Positions 15,031-30,510 of a stretch of DNA of 64,000 bases are shown one piece after another. Source of the DNA: the human T2T-CHM13v2.0 reference genome, Homo sapiens; NCBI RefSeq assembly GCF_009914755.1, contig NC_060946.1. One strand, given 5' to 3'. A model generated the notes under the pieces. That model saw nothing but the letters and a program-made list of their open reading frames with translations, ran no database searches and had not been told where the DNA came from. Each line of letters starts with the position of its first letter. The first letter of the stretch is position 1. Made by a program: the position numbers and the translations under genes.

Positions 15031-15320
15031 CGCAGACAGTCCACTCCATAGAGTACACAATACAGACAGTTGACTCTATGGAGTTCACAGCACAGACAGT
15101 CCACTTTATGCAGCCCACAGCACAGACAGTCCACTCTATAGAGTCCACAGTGCAGCAAGTCCTGTCTGTGGAGTCCACAGCACAGACAGTCTGCTTTATG
15201 GAGTCCACAGCACAGACAGTCCACTCTATGGAGTCCACAGCACAGACAGTCCACTCTATGGAGTCCACAGCACAGACAGTCCACTCTATGGAGTCCACAG
15301 CACAGACAGTCCACTCTGTG
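15031..15320. repeat. 30-bp minisatellite, about 9.7 copies, consensus CACAGACAGTCCACTCTATGGAGTCCACAG
   Basis: Exact 30-nt periodicity, visible in lines 15121-15300. Confidence 0.97.
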
Positions 15321-15810
15321 CAGGACAGGAGGTTGGGTAGAGACAGTCCCTGGAGGTTAGCAGGACTTCAAAGACAAAATTCTTTTCACACTGGGCACAG
15401 GCCAAGAAAGAGCACACACAGAAAGAAAATGACCAAGTGAAACAAAGTGGAGGTATTTTTCAAAATAATGTGAAAATATTTCCATAATGCAGTTTAAAAA
15501 ATACTTATTAGAGGGAAGCTATTGCATTCTTGTTGCATTATAAAGTGGTGATCTCCAGCCTAGATTTCAGGACAAACTCGGTTTTGCACATGCAGTTCTA
15601 TTATCTTGTAGGTCTGGCTGTCATTGGCCCTGCTGGATTAGACAGCCCCATCTCAATACCATAATCACAGTTCACAGGATTGCACGTGGAGGGTATCCAC
15701 CCTGTAAATGTGCTTCTATAATTTTGGCAAGACAGGAAGAAACAGCTCTTTAAAATGTATGTTTATATTGTATAAAATTAAGTACAACAGCATCTTATAT
15801 TTTTCATGTA

Positions 15811-15887
15811 TTAGGTTGGTGCAAAAGTATTGCAGTTTTTCCGTTAAAGTAATGGCTAAAACTGCGATGACTTTTGCACCAACCAAA
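15811..15887. mobile_element. MADE1 (Hsmar1-derived MITE)
   Basis: TTAGGTTGGTGCAAAAGT...ACTTTTGCACCAACCAAA terminal inverted repeats, about 77 bp, flanked by TA at 15809-10 and 15888-89. Confidence 0.92.
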
Positions 15888-16158
15888 TAAATTTTTAATT
15901 CATATCCAGCCTGAAGTAATGCCAGGAATTTTGGTCCATGTAACTCCAACAATTCCTTATCTTTCTAAACCTCACTTGACCTTGAATGTGAGAATTTAGT
16001 TTGAAAAAGTCTTTTAAGAATAGCAGGAGTCCTCACACTGGGTACACAGAGTTGTTTTCCCATCTTAGCGTCTGGATCTGAACAGCTTCATCATCCCAGT
16101 GATCTTGAAACATTGAAATAGATTTTCTTTCCTTTTAAGGAAATAATCATTTTCTTAC

Positions 16159-16255
16159 CTTAGACAAGTCTGACCATCTGTTTTTTGCTTTGGTAACAAG
16201 ATACTGATGAGCCTGCTCACAAGCTAGTTCTGAATCCGCAACCTTCTGTTTTGGT
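16159..16255 (-). CDS. EFCAB6: EFCAB6 internal coding exon (97 nt, phase 2 to 0): (R)PKQKVADSELACEQAHQYLVTKAKNRWSDLSK
   Basis: Acceptor ttttcttttaag|A, donor AAG|gtaaga; open frame consistent with flanking exons. Confidence 0.9.
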
Positions 16256-16713
16256 CTTAAAAGAAAAAAAATAATAAATAACTGTGTTTAAATTTAATGG
16301 GCTCATTAATCTCCCAAGGGGTTTCCCTATCCCCCCTGTTTGTTTCAAGGATACCATTAAAGTCTGTTATTTCACTTCTGGTTTAACTTAATTCTTAAAA
16401 TACAGTCTTATTTCTCCAGCTGCATGTCAGGGAAGTCTTCTTAAATTTTGTAAGTCCTTGTTTATTTTCAGATAAATGCTATTCAACTTTTTTCTTTTCA
16501 GCACACAAAACAAACAGGGCTCATTTATTCTCAGAAGGGGGAAAACACAATATAACATTAAGTGTCTTGGGAGGAAAACAGCTAAAAACTTTTATTTCTG
16601 AATTTGCAAGTTGGAGAGATAATGGAGACTACAGGAAATGGTTGAGAAACATTGGGGGAACTTCTTAGTCTCAGCTCATTTTCCAAGGTGAGGCTTGTAG
16701 GATTTAAAGATAG

Positions 16714-17022
<309 letters not shown>

Positions 17023-18153
17023 CTATCATATTTACTCACAGGATGGACACTTAAAAAAAGACCCTTTGCTCACAGGTCCCTGCTAGGCCACAGTAAAGCA
17101 CAGTAAAGGCTGAGGCTGGAGGGGCTGGGATGCCCTAGATCTTTCCACGCACTAGAACAAATTAGGAATGGAGGAAAATGTGTAAAGTCCATGTGCACAC
17201 CCACATTGGCACCTGGCCAGTGTAAACTGCAGTCACTGTGATTTTCCTTCTTCACCTGACTCCCGCTGCCCTTGACTGTGCTGTCTCTCTCCACTCTCTT
17301 CTGAGAGGTCATCTCTTCTGATGTCCCCAACTACAGCCTTGATGCTGCTTGCCCATAAGTCTGCACCACTGGTACTACAACCTCACCTGCTTTTCTGTGC
17401 CATCTTTCTCCAACTGCCTACCGGACTCTGCAGAATCATGGAATTTCGAGGGTGGAAAGGGATCCAAAGTTCAACCAGCCAATCCCCTATGACTACTTGA
17501 CCATGCAAGCTTTGGAAAATTGATGGAATTACGTTGCATTTTTACAATTTTTGCTTAAAAGGACTGTAAGTCCTAATGATGTCTATTTCCCTGCCTTCAC
17601 TTTTAGACTCCTCCTAAATTCCACCTGCACCAGAGGACTCACCTGAACCTCCCCAAAGTGCTGTCAGAGAGCCCCTGAGGGGCATGTGCTATCTCAGCAA
17701 AGTCAGTAGATCCCAGTTGATCTCATGGTCTAAACACATATCCAAACAGCCCTATGCCCCCTACTTTCCACACCCTGATTTCTTTTCTAGAATATAAGGC
17801 TTGATTATTTCCTTAGTTATCCATGAGCAAACCAATGAATCCTACTGATTTTCCATCCATTTTCCCCTTCCTCATTTTACATACTTGGCCCTCTTGAGAG
17901 ATCAGGAGGTTTTCTGGTGGTTACTTAATTCCTCTCCTATTGCCCAGCTTGTTAAATCTTGACAATCAGTCAGATCCAGCCTTCCTTCCTATCAGTCAGC
18001 TCGTTAGTCACAGATACATAGGAATAGTCACTATGTGCTGCTCTAGAACCTGCAGACACAATGACTAGCAATGTGGACAGAGTCCACATTCCCAAGGAGC
18101 TTACACTGTGATGGAGAAACTTAGAACAAACACACAAGAAAAACAAGTGACTC

Positions 18154-18459
18154 GGCTGGGTGCAGTGGCTCACGCCTGTAATCCCAGCACTTTGTGAGGC
18201 CGAGGTGGGCAGATCACGAGGTCAGGAGTTTGAGACCAGCCTGGCCAACATGGTGAAACCCCGTCTCTACTAAAAATACAAAAATCAACTGGGTGTGGTG
18301 GTGCACGCCTATAATCCCAGCTACTTGGGAGACTGAGACAGGAGAATCACTGGAATCTGGGAGGCGGAGGTTGCAGTGAGCTGAGATTGTGCCACTGTAC
18401 TCCAGCCTGGGTGACAGAGTGAGACTCCATCTCAAAAAAAAAATCTCAAAAAAAAAAAA
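18154..18459 (+). mobile_element. AluSg-like
   Basis: Dimeric Alu; TSD aagtgactc at 18145-18153 and 18615-18623 encloses the downstream microsatellite. Confidence 0.93.
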
Positions 18460-18539
18460 GAAAGAGACAGAGAGGAGGAAGGAAGGAAGGAAGGAAGGAA
18501 GGAAGGAAGGAAGGAAGGAAGGAAGGAAGGAAGGAAGGA

Positions 18540-18578
<39 letters not shown>

Positions 18579-18616
18579 GGAAAGAAAGAAAGAGAGAGAA
18601 AGAGAAAGAAAGAAAA
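18460..18616 (+). repeat. Polypurine microsatellite with (GGAA)16 followed by (AGAA)n
   Basis: 16 consecutive GGAA at 18477-18540, then AGAA/GAAA repeats. Confidence 0.97.
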
Positions 18617-20390
18617 GTGACTCGGATAACTTCAGATACTGCATGGGACCAAGAATGATGGGGCAGGGGAGACTTCGTCAGGAAGACCAGGGAGTGGCTC
18701 TTTGACAGCAGCATGAAGACCTCAGGGAACACACTCCAGGCAGTATGAGGGTCTTGAGAGGTGCTTCCGGTCCCAGTTAAGATGGAGTAGGCACACTTCA
18801 CCCTTTCTCTCCTTCTTATGACAACCCAAAATCCTACACAGAATACAAAACACAACTATCTGAGGTAAATAATAGAAGGCTGATGGAGGGAGAAATCAAA
18901 ATTCGAAGAATGACAAAGTTATGAGTTTCATGGGGCTTTCCTCCCATGTTCCCAGCGTAAGAGTCAAGAGCAGTCCTAATTCTGGAACTGTGCAGCAGAT
19001 GTGAACAGAAAAAGGTCCAAAAGAAAGGCTGACTTTCTGACCAAAGAGCTAGGATAGGATGGAGGGCCTCTTCGGGACAGAGTGGCAGGAATTCCTGTTT
19101 TTGTCTCTGTTTACTCTCCCAGCCCAATTCTGAGACTGCACTTTTGTAATGGTGCCAACGATAGCAGTGGCCAAAACGTTAAAATTTTCTCTAACCAGAA
19201 AAAATGGGAAAAGGGGCCCTGTGATTCAAGGAATATTGGGAAATCCATGTTAATTTTCTCTCTCTCTTTTTTTTTTTTCTTCTCTCACTAGGGCCCTGAA
19301 GGTGGCCCTCACCATGAGACATGCGGAGCAGCACAGATAGGCTAAAACCTAAGATTTTCTAGCCAGAAGACCCAGAAAAGTAGCCCTTGGGGGCTACAGA
19401 GTGTGGGGGAGATCATAGAGAAGAGAGAGCTAGAAGAAAGGACATCTGTGCAGGAAGTTCCAGGTTCATCTCTGATGTGTAAAGGTGTGGAACTGACCCC
19501 AAGCAGCATAGCAACCAGCTTTGAGAACATGATTACTGTGTAGTTAAGACTGACTTCTAGGTGGTGCACACGTGGGTTTCCCTGAAGAGCGCTGCAATGA
19601 CTTTGAAAACAAAATTGACATTAAAACCACAGAAGGCACGTTAGGACTTGCAGTCTAAAACTAACTAGGCTGATTGCCTGCTAAAATAATGACCAAAAAC
19701 AATCAACACACTACAGAGGATTTTAACAAAATCAGAGTGTCATAATAAAACACTTAAAATATCTAAGATACAGTCCAAAGTGATATAAAATACCAGAAAA
19801 ATCTCCATAATGCTCAATGTAAAAGACAACAGACACCAACCCCAAGATTAACTAGATGTTGAAATTATCAGATTGTAAAGCAGCTATTATATTCATGAAG
19901 AGCAAACATACTTGAAAGAAAGAAGAAGGAAAAAGGAAATAACCAAAATACAGTAACTGAAATGACGTTTACTGGATTGGGTCAATGGCAAAATGGAATG
20001 ACAGAGGAGTCAGCAAAGTTGAAAACTCACGAACAGAAATCTCTCAAACTGAACAAAAGAGAAAATAAAAATAACATAGTCTCAGAGATACAAAACCTGT
20101 GATACAAAACCAAAAGGTCTAAGCTTCATGTCATTGAGGTACCAAAAGGAGAAGAAAAAGATGGGTACAGAAAAAGCATTTTTAAAAATAATAGCTGAAA
20201 ATGCCATAAATTTGGCATAAAACATAAATTTACACATTTAAGAAGCTCAGTAAATCCAAAAATAGATAAACAAAGACAAAACAAACAAAAACCACCAAAA
20301 AACCCATGGTCAAACAAATCAAATCATAAATTATAATCAATTGTCTGAAAAACTAAAGATCAAAAAAATCATCTCTAAAGTAGCCTGAAT

Positions 20391-20703
20391 GGTCTGGCGC
20401 AGTGGCTCATGCCTGTGATCCAAGCCCTTTGGGAGGCTGAGATGGGAGGATTGCTTGAACTCAGGAGTTCGAGACCAGCATGGGCAACATGGCAAGACCC
20501 TGTCTCTAGAAAAAATAAAAATTTAGGCATGATGGTGCTCACCTGTGATTGCAGCTACTTGGGAGGCTGAGGTGGATCACTTGGACCTGGGAGGTCAAGG
20601 CTGCAGTGAGCTGTGATCGCACCACCACGCTCCAGTCTGGGTGACAGAGTGAGAGAGCTAGTTAAAAAAAGAAAAGAAAAGAAAAAAGAAAAGAAAAGAA
20701 AAG
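20391..20703 (+). mobile_element. AluJ
   Basis: ggaggattgcttgaactcaggag, gaggtcaaggctgcagtgag. Confidence 0.9.
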
Positions 20704-21352
20704 AAGCCTGGGAAAAAAGGCATATTAAATATGAGAAAACGGAATACTTGCATACTTCTTGCCACAGATTATGGAGGCCAGAAGACCATGGAACAACATT
20801 TTTAAAGTGCTGAAACAAAAGGAAATGTCAACCCCAAACTCTATATCCAGCAAAAATATCTTTCAAGAATAAAGAATAAAGATATTATAAATTGAAGAAA
20901 ACTAAGACAATTTGTCTCCAACAGACCTGCTCTAAAAGATGTCCTATAGGAAGTTCTTCAGGGGAAGAAGAATGATAGCTGAGAGAAACTTAGAACTTCA
21001 GAAAGAGAGGAATAGCAACAGAAATGGTAAATACCTAGGAAATTATAATACACAATTTTTTTTCTCAGAGTTTCAAATACATGAAGCATAAATTAATAGT
21101 ATTAGAAAAAGAAATAGACAAATTCAAAACTATTGCTGGAGACTTTAACACTCCTCTCTTAGTAACTGATAGAATAAGGAGATAGAAAATAATGAAGAAT
21201 ATAGAAGGCCTGAACAACACTAATAACCAACTTGATCTGACATTTACAGAACACTCCACCCAACAGCACCAGAATACACATTCTTTTCAAGTATACACAG
21301 AATATTTACCAAGACAGACCATATCCAGGGTCATAAAACAAACCTTAACTAA

Positions 21353-21757
<405 letters not shown>

Positions 21758-22623
21758 TGAACATGATGCAAATATTTTGAAATTAAACAACACACTTCTA
21801 AATAATCCATGGATCCAAGAGGAAGTCTTAAGGGAAATTAGAAAATAATTTGAAAATGAATAAAAATTAAAACTACAACATATCCAAATTTGTGAAATGC
21901 AGCTAAATCAGTGCCTACGGGGAAATACATTACATTAATGGCTTATATGAGAGAAAAAATGACTCAAATAAAAACTATGAGTTTCCAATTTAAGAAATAT
22001 AAAAGATAAACTGAATCCAAAACAAGCAGAAAGAAGGAAATAATAAAGACCAAAAATCAATAAAATTGAAATCAGAAAAATAGAGAAAAATCAATAAAAA
22101 CAAAAGCTAGTTCTTTTAAAAGATCTGTGAAAGTGGGAAGCCTTAGCTGAATTGATGAAGAAGAAAGGAGAAAAGAGATCAACTATGAAAGTGATAAATG
22201 AAATAAGGAATCTCACTAAATACTTCACAGATACTTTAAAAAAATTAAAAGAACACCATGAACCATATTAATTCCATGAATTTGACAACCTTGATGACCA
22301 ATATTTTGAAAGATGCAAATTAGCAAAACTCACTTGAGATGAAATAGAAACTCTGAATAATCCAATAACTATTAAATTAACTGGATTTATAGGTACAAGC
22401 CTTCCAACAAAGGACATTCCAGGACTTGATGATTTCACTGGTTAATTTAATGAAATATCTAAGGAAGAATAACCATTCCATACAATCCAGAAAATAGAAT
22501 AGAAAGGAATACTCCCAGTTCATTTTATGAAGCTAGCAGTGCCATGATACCAAAATCAGGGCTGGTATTCATGACTTTTATTATTCTTAGATGTCTTACA
22601 AAATAAATCACTTATTTTCTTTA

Positions 22624-22969
<346 letters not shown>

Positions 22970-23077
22970 TTATTATCTGGATCCATTTGTTATGTGGTCT
23001 TAGCGATGTTGATTTTAATCTTACTATATCTAACCTAAATAATATATTATCCTAAACAATATTTCATTATTACTCTT

Positions 23078-24396
<1,319 letters not shown>

Positions 24397-26393
24397 TCAA
24401 ATCCCTGCCCCACTGCTCATTATCTGTGTCCTTATGGACATGTCACTAACTGTTCTCTGAGCCCGCACTCCTTCATCTGTGAAACCAGCTGGGAATGCCT
24501 CCTTTCAAGGCTGCTGGGGTATTAAAGGACATGTCTTCAGGAAACACAACACAGGGCATGGCCAGGGTGGGCTTAGCTTTCTGAAGCAGTGCTTTGGTTT
24601 GGGTCCACCAGACCCCGGGGACCAAGTCAGTTCTCACTGGGCTGCAGCCTCTCCTCCTTTGTGTCCATCCTCCACTCCAGGGTACAGAAGGATCTTTCTA
24701 AAGCACAGTGTAACTCCCTCACTCCATAGCATACGGCCTCCCCTGCCTACTGATAGAAGGTGACGTCCTTCACAGCCCGCCCTCCTGCCCTCCTGGCCTC
24801 CTCCCCAACCAGGCCCACCATGCAGGTGGATCCCACACATGCATCCTCTCCCCATTTCCCAAACGTGCTTAACACTCCCGCCTGCCTCTGTGATCTCGCA
24901 AATGCTCTTCCCTGGCCTGGAATGACCTTTCCTCTAGCCTGCACCTGGCAAACTCTTACTCAAACTTCAAGGTCCAGCTCAAACGTCCCTCCTTTTCCTG
25001 AGCAACTCACGGGCGCCTCCCTCTGTTCCTGTGGCACTTGGGTCATCTATTTCATACCTGTCTCATACTCGACCCTGAGCCCCTCAAAAGGAGCATCTGG
25101 GTCTTATTCACTGTTGTACCGTCTAGTCCTGGGACAATGTCTAGCATATAGTAGGCCCTTAGTAAATATTTGATGAATGAGTGTATACATACAATAATAA
25201 GGTTGAGTCATCTGAATGGGAAAACTGCACTTTGCGGTTGAAATTTTCCATGTTCGTTCGGCAGAGAATGGAAAATGAACTTTCTCCAGAGAATTTTTTG
25301 GGAAGAATTTTGTTTGTTTGTTTTAATGTTAGGCAATCAAGTCTCATATTAAAGCTCCTGAGAACCTGAGCCGTTGGAAGCAGGTGTCCAACTTACATGT
25401 TAGATGATCATTTTGCTATCATCATTTTCTTTCTTGCTTGCTTTTTTATTTTTTTAATATAGACAAAATAAAACCTATGAATTCAGGGAGAAAAATCAGC
25501 GTGTAAGATCAGAGGGCCTTCTGCAGCCTAGCCAAGTGTCACAACAGTCTGGCACAGTGGCTGTGGCTTCCAGGGGCTCCACTCTCAGGGAGCTGCCCTT
25601 GCCTAGGTAGATGCGATACCTGTCTAGAACCCCTGGGGACCGTGAGTGCCTCAAGGACAAAACAGCATAGTGAGTGTCACTATGATGCTGTATCATCACA
25701 TGGGAAGACACACCTCAGTACTAGCATAGCGCACAGCATTTCAGAATTACTCATGTAATAATAATTGGTCAAGGAGGAGATGACTTGCTACTTCATTCAT
25801 GTCGGCTCTCGGCAGATCTCAGCAGGGAGCCGATGGGGACGGGTGATCCCCTGCTGCCACTGTTGGATGGGGTTGGATGGTAGCCCCATTGTGCCTTCAA
25901 GGAGTGTACGTGCTCCCTGGGAGAAGGCCAAGGAAACAGCACTGAGCCGGAGCTCAGCTGGACACTGAGATTCTCCTGGCTAAGAGTGACGCCATATGGG
26001 CTGGGCAGGGGCCTAGGGGGCAGCACTGCCCGGGGAGGGGCTGGAGGAGGTTCTTGCATCTCCTAAGGCAGTTGGCACAGATAGCTTCTCAGTGCCCATC
26101 AATTACTACAAGACGGTCTGCATTCCCCAAATTCACAGCCATCACCTAGCTTAACATTTGGAGGTGAAGAGGAGGTAGGAGGCATCAGTTCCCGAAGAAG
26201 AAGGTTACTGTGTTCACTTGACAAAGATTTATCTGCACAGAGTTGGTGCACGGCCCTCCGCCTGCCCCTGCAGAGGACGGGCCCAGCCTTGGACAGAGGA
26301 CAGGCTGTGCTCACAGGTCTCCCAAGCTTCAATTTTAAAAGACTGAGCAAAAAGCATATATTTTTGAACCCAGATTAATACATAGAAAAATAA

Positions 26394-26555
26394 GTATATG
26401 TATGTATGTGTGTATATATATGTATGTGTGTATATATATATTTTCATACACACATGAATATATATGTAAGTATATGTATATGAAAAAGACACACACGTAT
26501 ATATGTATATATTTATATATGTGTGTCACACACACGTATGTAAGTATATGCATAT
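26394..26555. repeat. (TA)/(TG)/(CA) mixed dinucleotide tract
   Basis: Alternating purine-pyrimidine runs with a duplicated atgtaagtatatgyatatgaaaaa block. Confidence 0.85.
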
Positions 26556-26803
26556 GAAAAAAGACTGAAATGATACCCAGCAAAATATAAAAATGATGCT
26601 CACAGGTGGTAAGACCAGGGCTGTATTTTCTGGTTGTTCTACACTGAATGCATATTTCTTGTATGACTTTTTCTGAACCAAGAGAAAGAAAAAAATAATC
26701 ACTCCATTCTTTGTATCCCTTTGCGGACGCCATGGAAATGCTGGACGTCACAGTGGCACGGGCCGGCATATATTAAAGACACAGACCCGTGCTGCCTTCT
26801 TAC

Positions 26804-27036
26804 CTAATGAGTCTTTGAGGCGCTTCATCTGTTCTCCATGGTCTCTTCTCACACAAATTTTGAAATTCCCGAAAATTTAAAGTGACACTAAGTCTCAAGC
26901 CAAGAAGGCCAAGGAAGCGCTCAAACTCGTCGTCTTTGAGATTAAGCAGTAGATGCAGGAGCAGTCTGTGAAGGTCATGCATGTTGATTATGCCATCCCT
27001 GTCAGCATCTGTTTTAAAGAAGGCAGAGTAGGGGTC
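26804..27036 (-). CDS. EFCAB6: EFCAB6 internal coding exon (233 nt, phase 0 to 2): DPYSAFFKTDADRDGIINMHDLHRLLLHLLLNLKDDEFERFLGLLGLRLSVTLNFREFQNLCEKRPWRTDEAPQRLI(R)
   Basis: Acceptor ttttgtttttag|GAC, donor TTAG|gtaaga; canonical EF-hand loop DADRDGIINMHD; overlaps ORF 26800..26982(-). Confidence 0.93.
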
Positions 27037-27589
27037 CTAAAAACAAAACACACAAGTCAAAGCCCTTCCCCAAGAGCCCCGGACGGCCACACATGCACAC
27101 CCCCACGTGTAGAGCCTCATCTCCACGCGAGGAGGGGCAGCTTGGCTGGGCCCCAACTATTGCTTTTAGAGACTTGGCTGTTCCAGGAATATCCTTGCCA
27201 TGCTTTGCTTTTCCCAAGAAATTATAAAGCTCTCCAGCTACCCAGGGGATATAAATGATCCTCTTTGAATGCAAAGAGTTCAGGGAAAGGAACAGGCCAC
27301 TTTTCTTTTCCTTCCACACTCTCGGTTTGTGGAGCTTGTACTTCTAGTCCAGGAAGGAAGGGAAGGAGAAAGTACTGGAGGTTTCTGCTCGCAATTTTTT
27401 ATATCACTTTCATAATGTCTGGCTGCTTCTGTCTACAGCCAAACAAATACTGCACTGAATCTCACACCAAGGAGCCACCTGAAGGCCAGGCCTCTGTTTC
27501 GATGACCGTGATAGAGATCAGCCGTGTCTGGGATCCACAAGCCTGCCACAACTGAAGGACTTCCACTCAGCCCATCGTGCTGGTTGGAG

Positions 27590-27880
27590 GGCACAGGGAT
27601 TCCTATTTTGCAGATGAGGAAACAGAGGCTCAGGGTTCCCAGGGAATCCGTGACTAGAGACCCTGATGTGTGATGGAGCGTGCACTCTGCAGGCAGGTGG
27701 CTCAGTGGCAAACCCCAGCTCTGCCACTTACTAGCAACGTGACCATGGGTGAGATAACCTTGTGATGCTTCTGTTTTCTCATCTGTAAAATGGGGACTAT
27801 GACAGTCCCTGCGTCCTTGGGTTGTTTGTGAGGAGTGAATTTGCTAATGATGCAAAGTGCTTAGAACGAGCCTGGCTTTC
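27590..27880. mobile_element. MIR fragments
   Basis: attttgcagatgaggaaacagaggctcag and ctgttttctcatctgtaaaatgggg cores in opposite orientations. Confidence 0.7.
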
Positions 27881-28369
27881 CTGGCATTCTAAAATGCTGT
27901 TTGTTGCACTTGCCATTTGCCTAGGATCATACAGCAAGTGCAAGGCTCTGCCCGGGGCCAATGCCTGTTTCCCACATGCACCTGCTTCCCGGGTCTCAGG
28001 CCTGAAAAGTTGATGTGGCCCCAACCCGCCTCGTTCCATCGGCACCTGATGCAGCCCCTCACCTAGGAGTTACCTGGCTGCTCTGGCGGCATTGCGCTTG
28101 TCCCCTCTTGTTACAGGCTCCTCCCACAGAGGTTACTTAGGATATCAAGCAAGACCTGCTGTGACTCAAGTGCCTCATGCAAGTGTGTGGGGATTTTGTG
28201 GAAAGCTCTCTCTGTATTCACTCATGTATTCATTCACCAAAAATTATTCAGTACCTAATATGTGCAATCGCCATGCTAAATACTGTGGAAATGAATTTAA
28301 AAGATGCCGCCCCTGCCTCCGGAAGACAATACAGTGTGGCAGGGAGGCTGATGTCTAACTCTGCCCGAG

Positions 28370-29300
28370 GGGGCCTCCTGGGGTGCAGGCCCATCTGTTT
28401 CTTGATGATTCCCTCTATACTCTCAGCCCCAAGCCGCCACCCCCCTGACCCACAGCCTCACATCTCCAGTGGTCTGGGGGCATTTTCTCTGGGATGTCAA
28501 ACTGAACATGGCCCAAATCAAACTCCTGACCTCCACCCCCTGTCCCCACCCTACTCCTCCTAAGTCTTCCCATCTCAGTAAGTGGAGCTCTTTCCTCCTG
28601 GTTGCTCAGACACAAACCTGGGAGCCCTTCTGAGCCCTCGCTTCCTCTCACACCCACATCCAGTCTGCCCACACATCCCGCTGGCTCTCCCTTCAGAGTG
28701 CATTAGCACTGGACCCCCTCTCCCAGGCACACCACCTCGGCCCCCACCCAAGGTCGCTGGAGTCCTGCAGGAACCTCGTGATGGCTCCCAGCTGCCATCG
28801 TCGGCTCCGTGGCCTCTGCTCTGTGCAATCGCTCCCGAGCGATCCCTTACAGCTGACGTCATGCATGAGGCGCCTCTGCTCAACCCCCTTGACTCTCCTT
28901 CTCACTCAGAGTCCAAGGCCAAGGCCTGGCCGTGGCCCACAAGCCTGTCTACACCCCCATCCCACCCGTCCCCTCACTGTTCTCTGAACAGGCCGAGCCT
29001 GCTTCAGGGTATCGCAGGGAGCCCTCTCCAGTGTCCGCAGGGCTCACTCTGGCTCCTTCATGACTGTGTCTGAGTGTCCCCTCTCCAGAGAGGCACTTCC
29101 TGACTCCTCTGTACAATGGCACCAGCCCTGACTGGCCTCCCACGATCCTCTACTTTTCTCTTTGGCACATGTCACCACCTGATCTAGTAGAGGTTTCTGT
29201 GTCCACTGCACTTCCCCCTAGAACATAAGCATGAGTCTGGGCTCTGATCTGTTCCCTGTTGCAGCTCCAGCTCTCCGAGCCATGCTCACCATAACGTCTG
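28370..29300. mobile_element. L2 (LINE2) remnant
   Basis: gatgtcaaactgaacatggcccaaatcaaactcctga, cttcccatctcagtaagtgg. Confidence 0.6.
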
Positions 29301-30351
29301 TGAGATGGGGCTGCTGGACATGAAGGAGCAGCATTTCCTAGGCACAAAGCACTCTGCTGGGTACACAGACACCATAACTGCAACGTGGGCCCTTACACCC
29401 AGGTCCTCACTGTCTATCTACTAGGGAAGCAAGACAGGAAGCAAATCATGGCAATCCAGCGTGATTACTGCAGGGACAGAGGTGTGAGGGCCAGGTGGGG
29501 CCAGCCTGGATTCTGGACTCCAGGGACAAGCTAGATGCTATGAGATCATACATGGCTAATCTTCACAAGTTTATAAACTAATCATTCCTCAAATCTCAGT
29601 CTTCAGCTTCCCCAATGTTAGTGCGTAGTACAGAGGCTTTGGAATCGAGCCGGTGTTATTTCAGTTCCTGACGGTGCCATGTACTAGAGGTGTGGCTTTG
29701 TGTCACTTTTTCCCCGTCTCTGACCCTCAGGGTATCCAGCATAACACGGGAACATTAAACCTACTTGACAGGGTGGTTGCGGGTGTCAGAACACACAAGG
29801 CCCTGTGTGTGGCCCTCCAGTTCGCTGCCCAGCATCAGGTGTGGTGTGTTCAATCAGCAAATACAAATCGGTCATGTGCATTGTGGCAGGCACTGTGGCA
29901 GCCCCTTGGGTTACTGTGGTGAATGATGTAGAAATGGCTCGGGGCTCACTGTTGAATCTAACTGCAGCACCCTGCGGGCTGTGTGCTATGAGGGACGTGA
30001 GGAGAGAGGGGAATGTGCAGTGGCAACCTCTCAGCTGATGTGAAGGGCTTGAGAAGGACAGAAGCTTGGGGAGGAGTCCACTGGTCAAAGGGGAGGCGCC
30101 ATCCAAGCAAAGGAACAGAATGTGCAAACGCTTAGAGGCAGGAAAGGGTGAGGGGGTGAGGGGTCTTGTGGGCCGGCCAGGCGGGAGCAGGATGTATCCT
30201 GAGAGCACAGTGGGCACTCCGGTCAGAGATGCACATGGATGAGACAATCCTGCGAGGGCCAGGAGTCCAAGACGAATTGTGAAGTGCAAAGTGAAGTTGC
30301 AGAGAACTGAGTGTACTGTGACCCTATTTGTGGGTTGACAGGTTAATCCTA

Positions 30352-30510
<159 letters not shown>

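Noticed and set aside
15031-15320. CRISPR-like appearance of regularly spaced repeats
   Set aside because: Units are head-to-tail with no unique spacers, the context is eukaryotic and there are no cas genes
14912-15440. Three ORFs of 116-171 aa with 10-aa repeats, one Cys-rich and metallothionein-like
   Set aside because: They arise from a 30-bp unit that lacks stops; there is no splice, promoter or poly(A) context and the 5' part runs into L1
18214-18855. 213-aa and overlapping ORFs (FLPS and KEGR repeats)
   Set aside because: Translation of the GGAA/GAAA microsatellite plus an Alu
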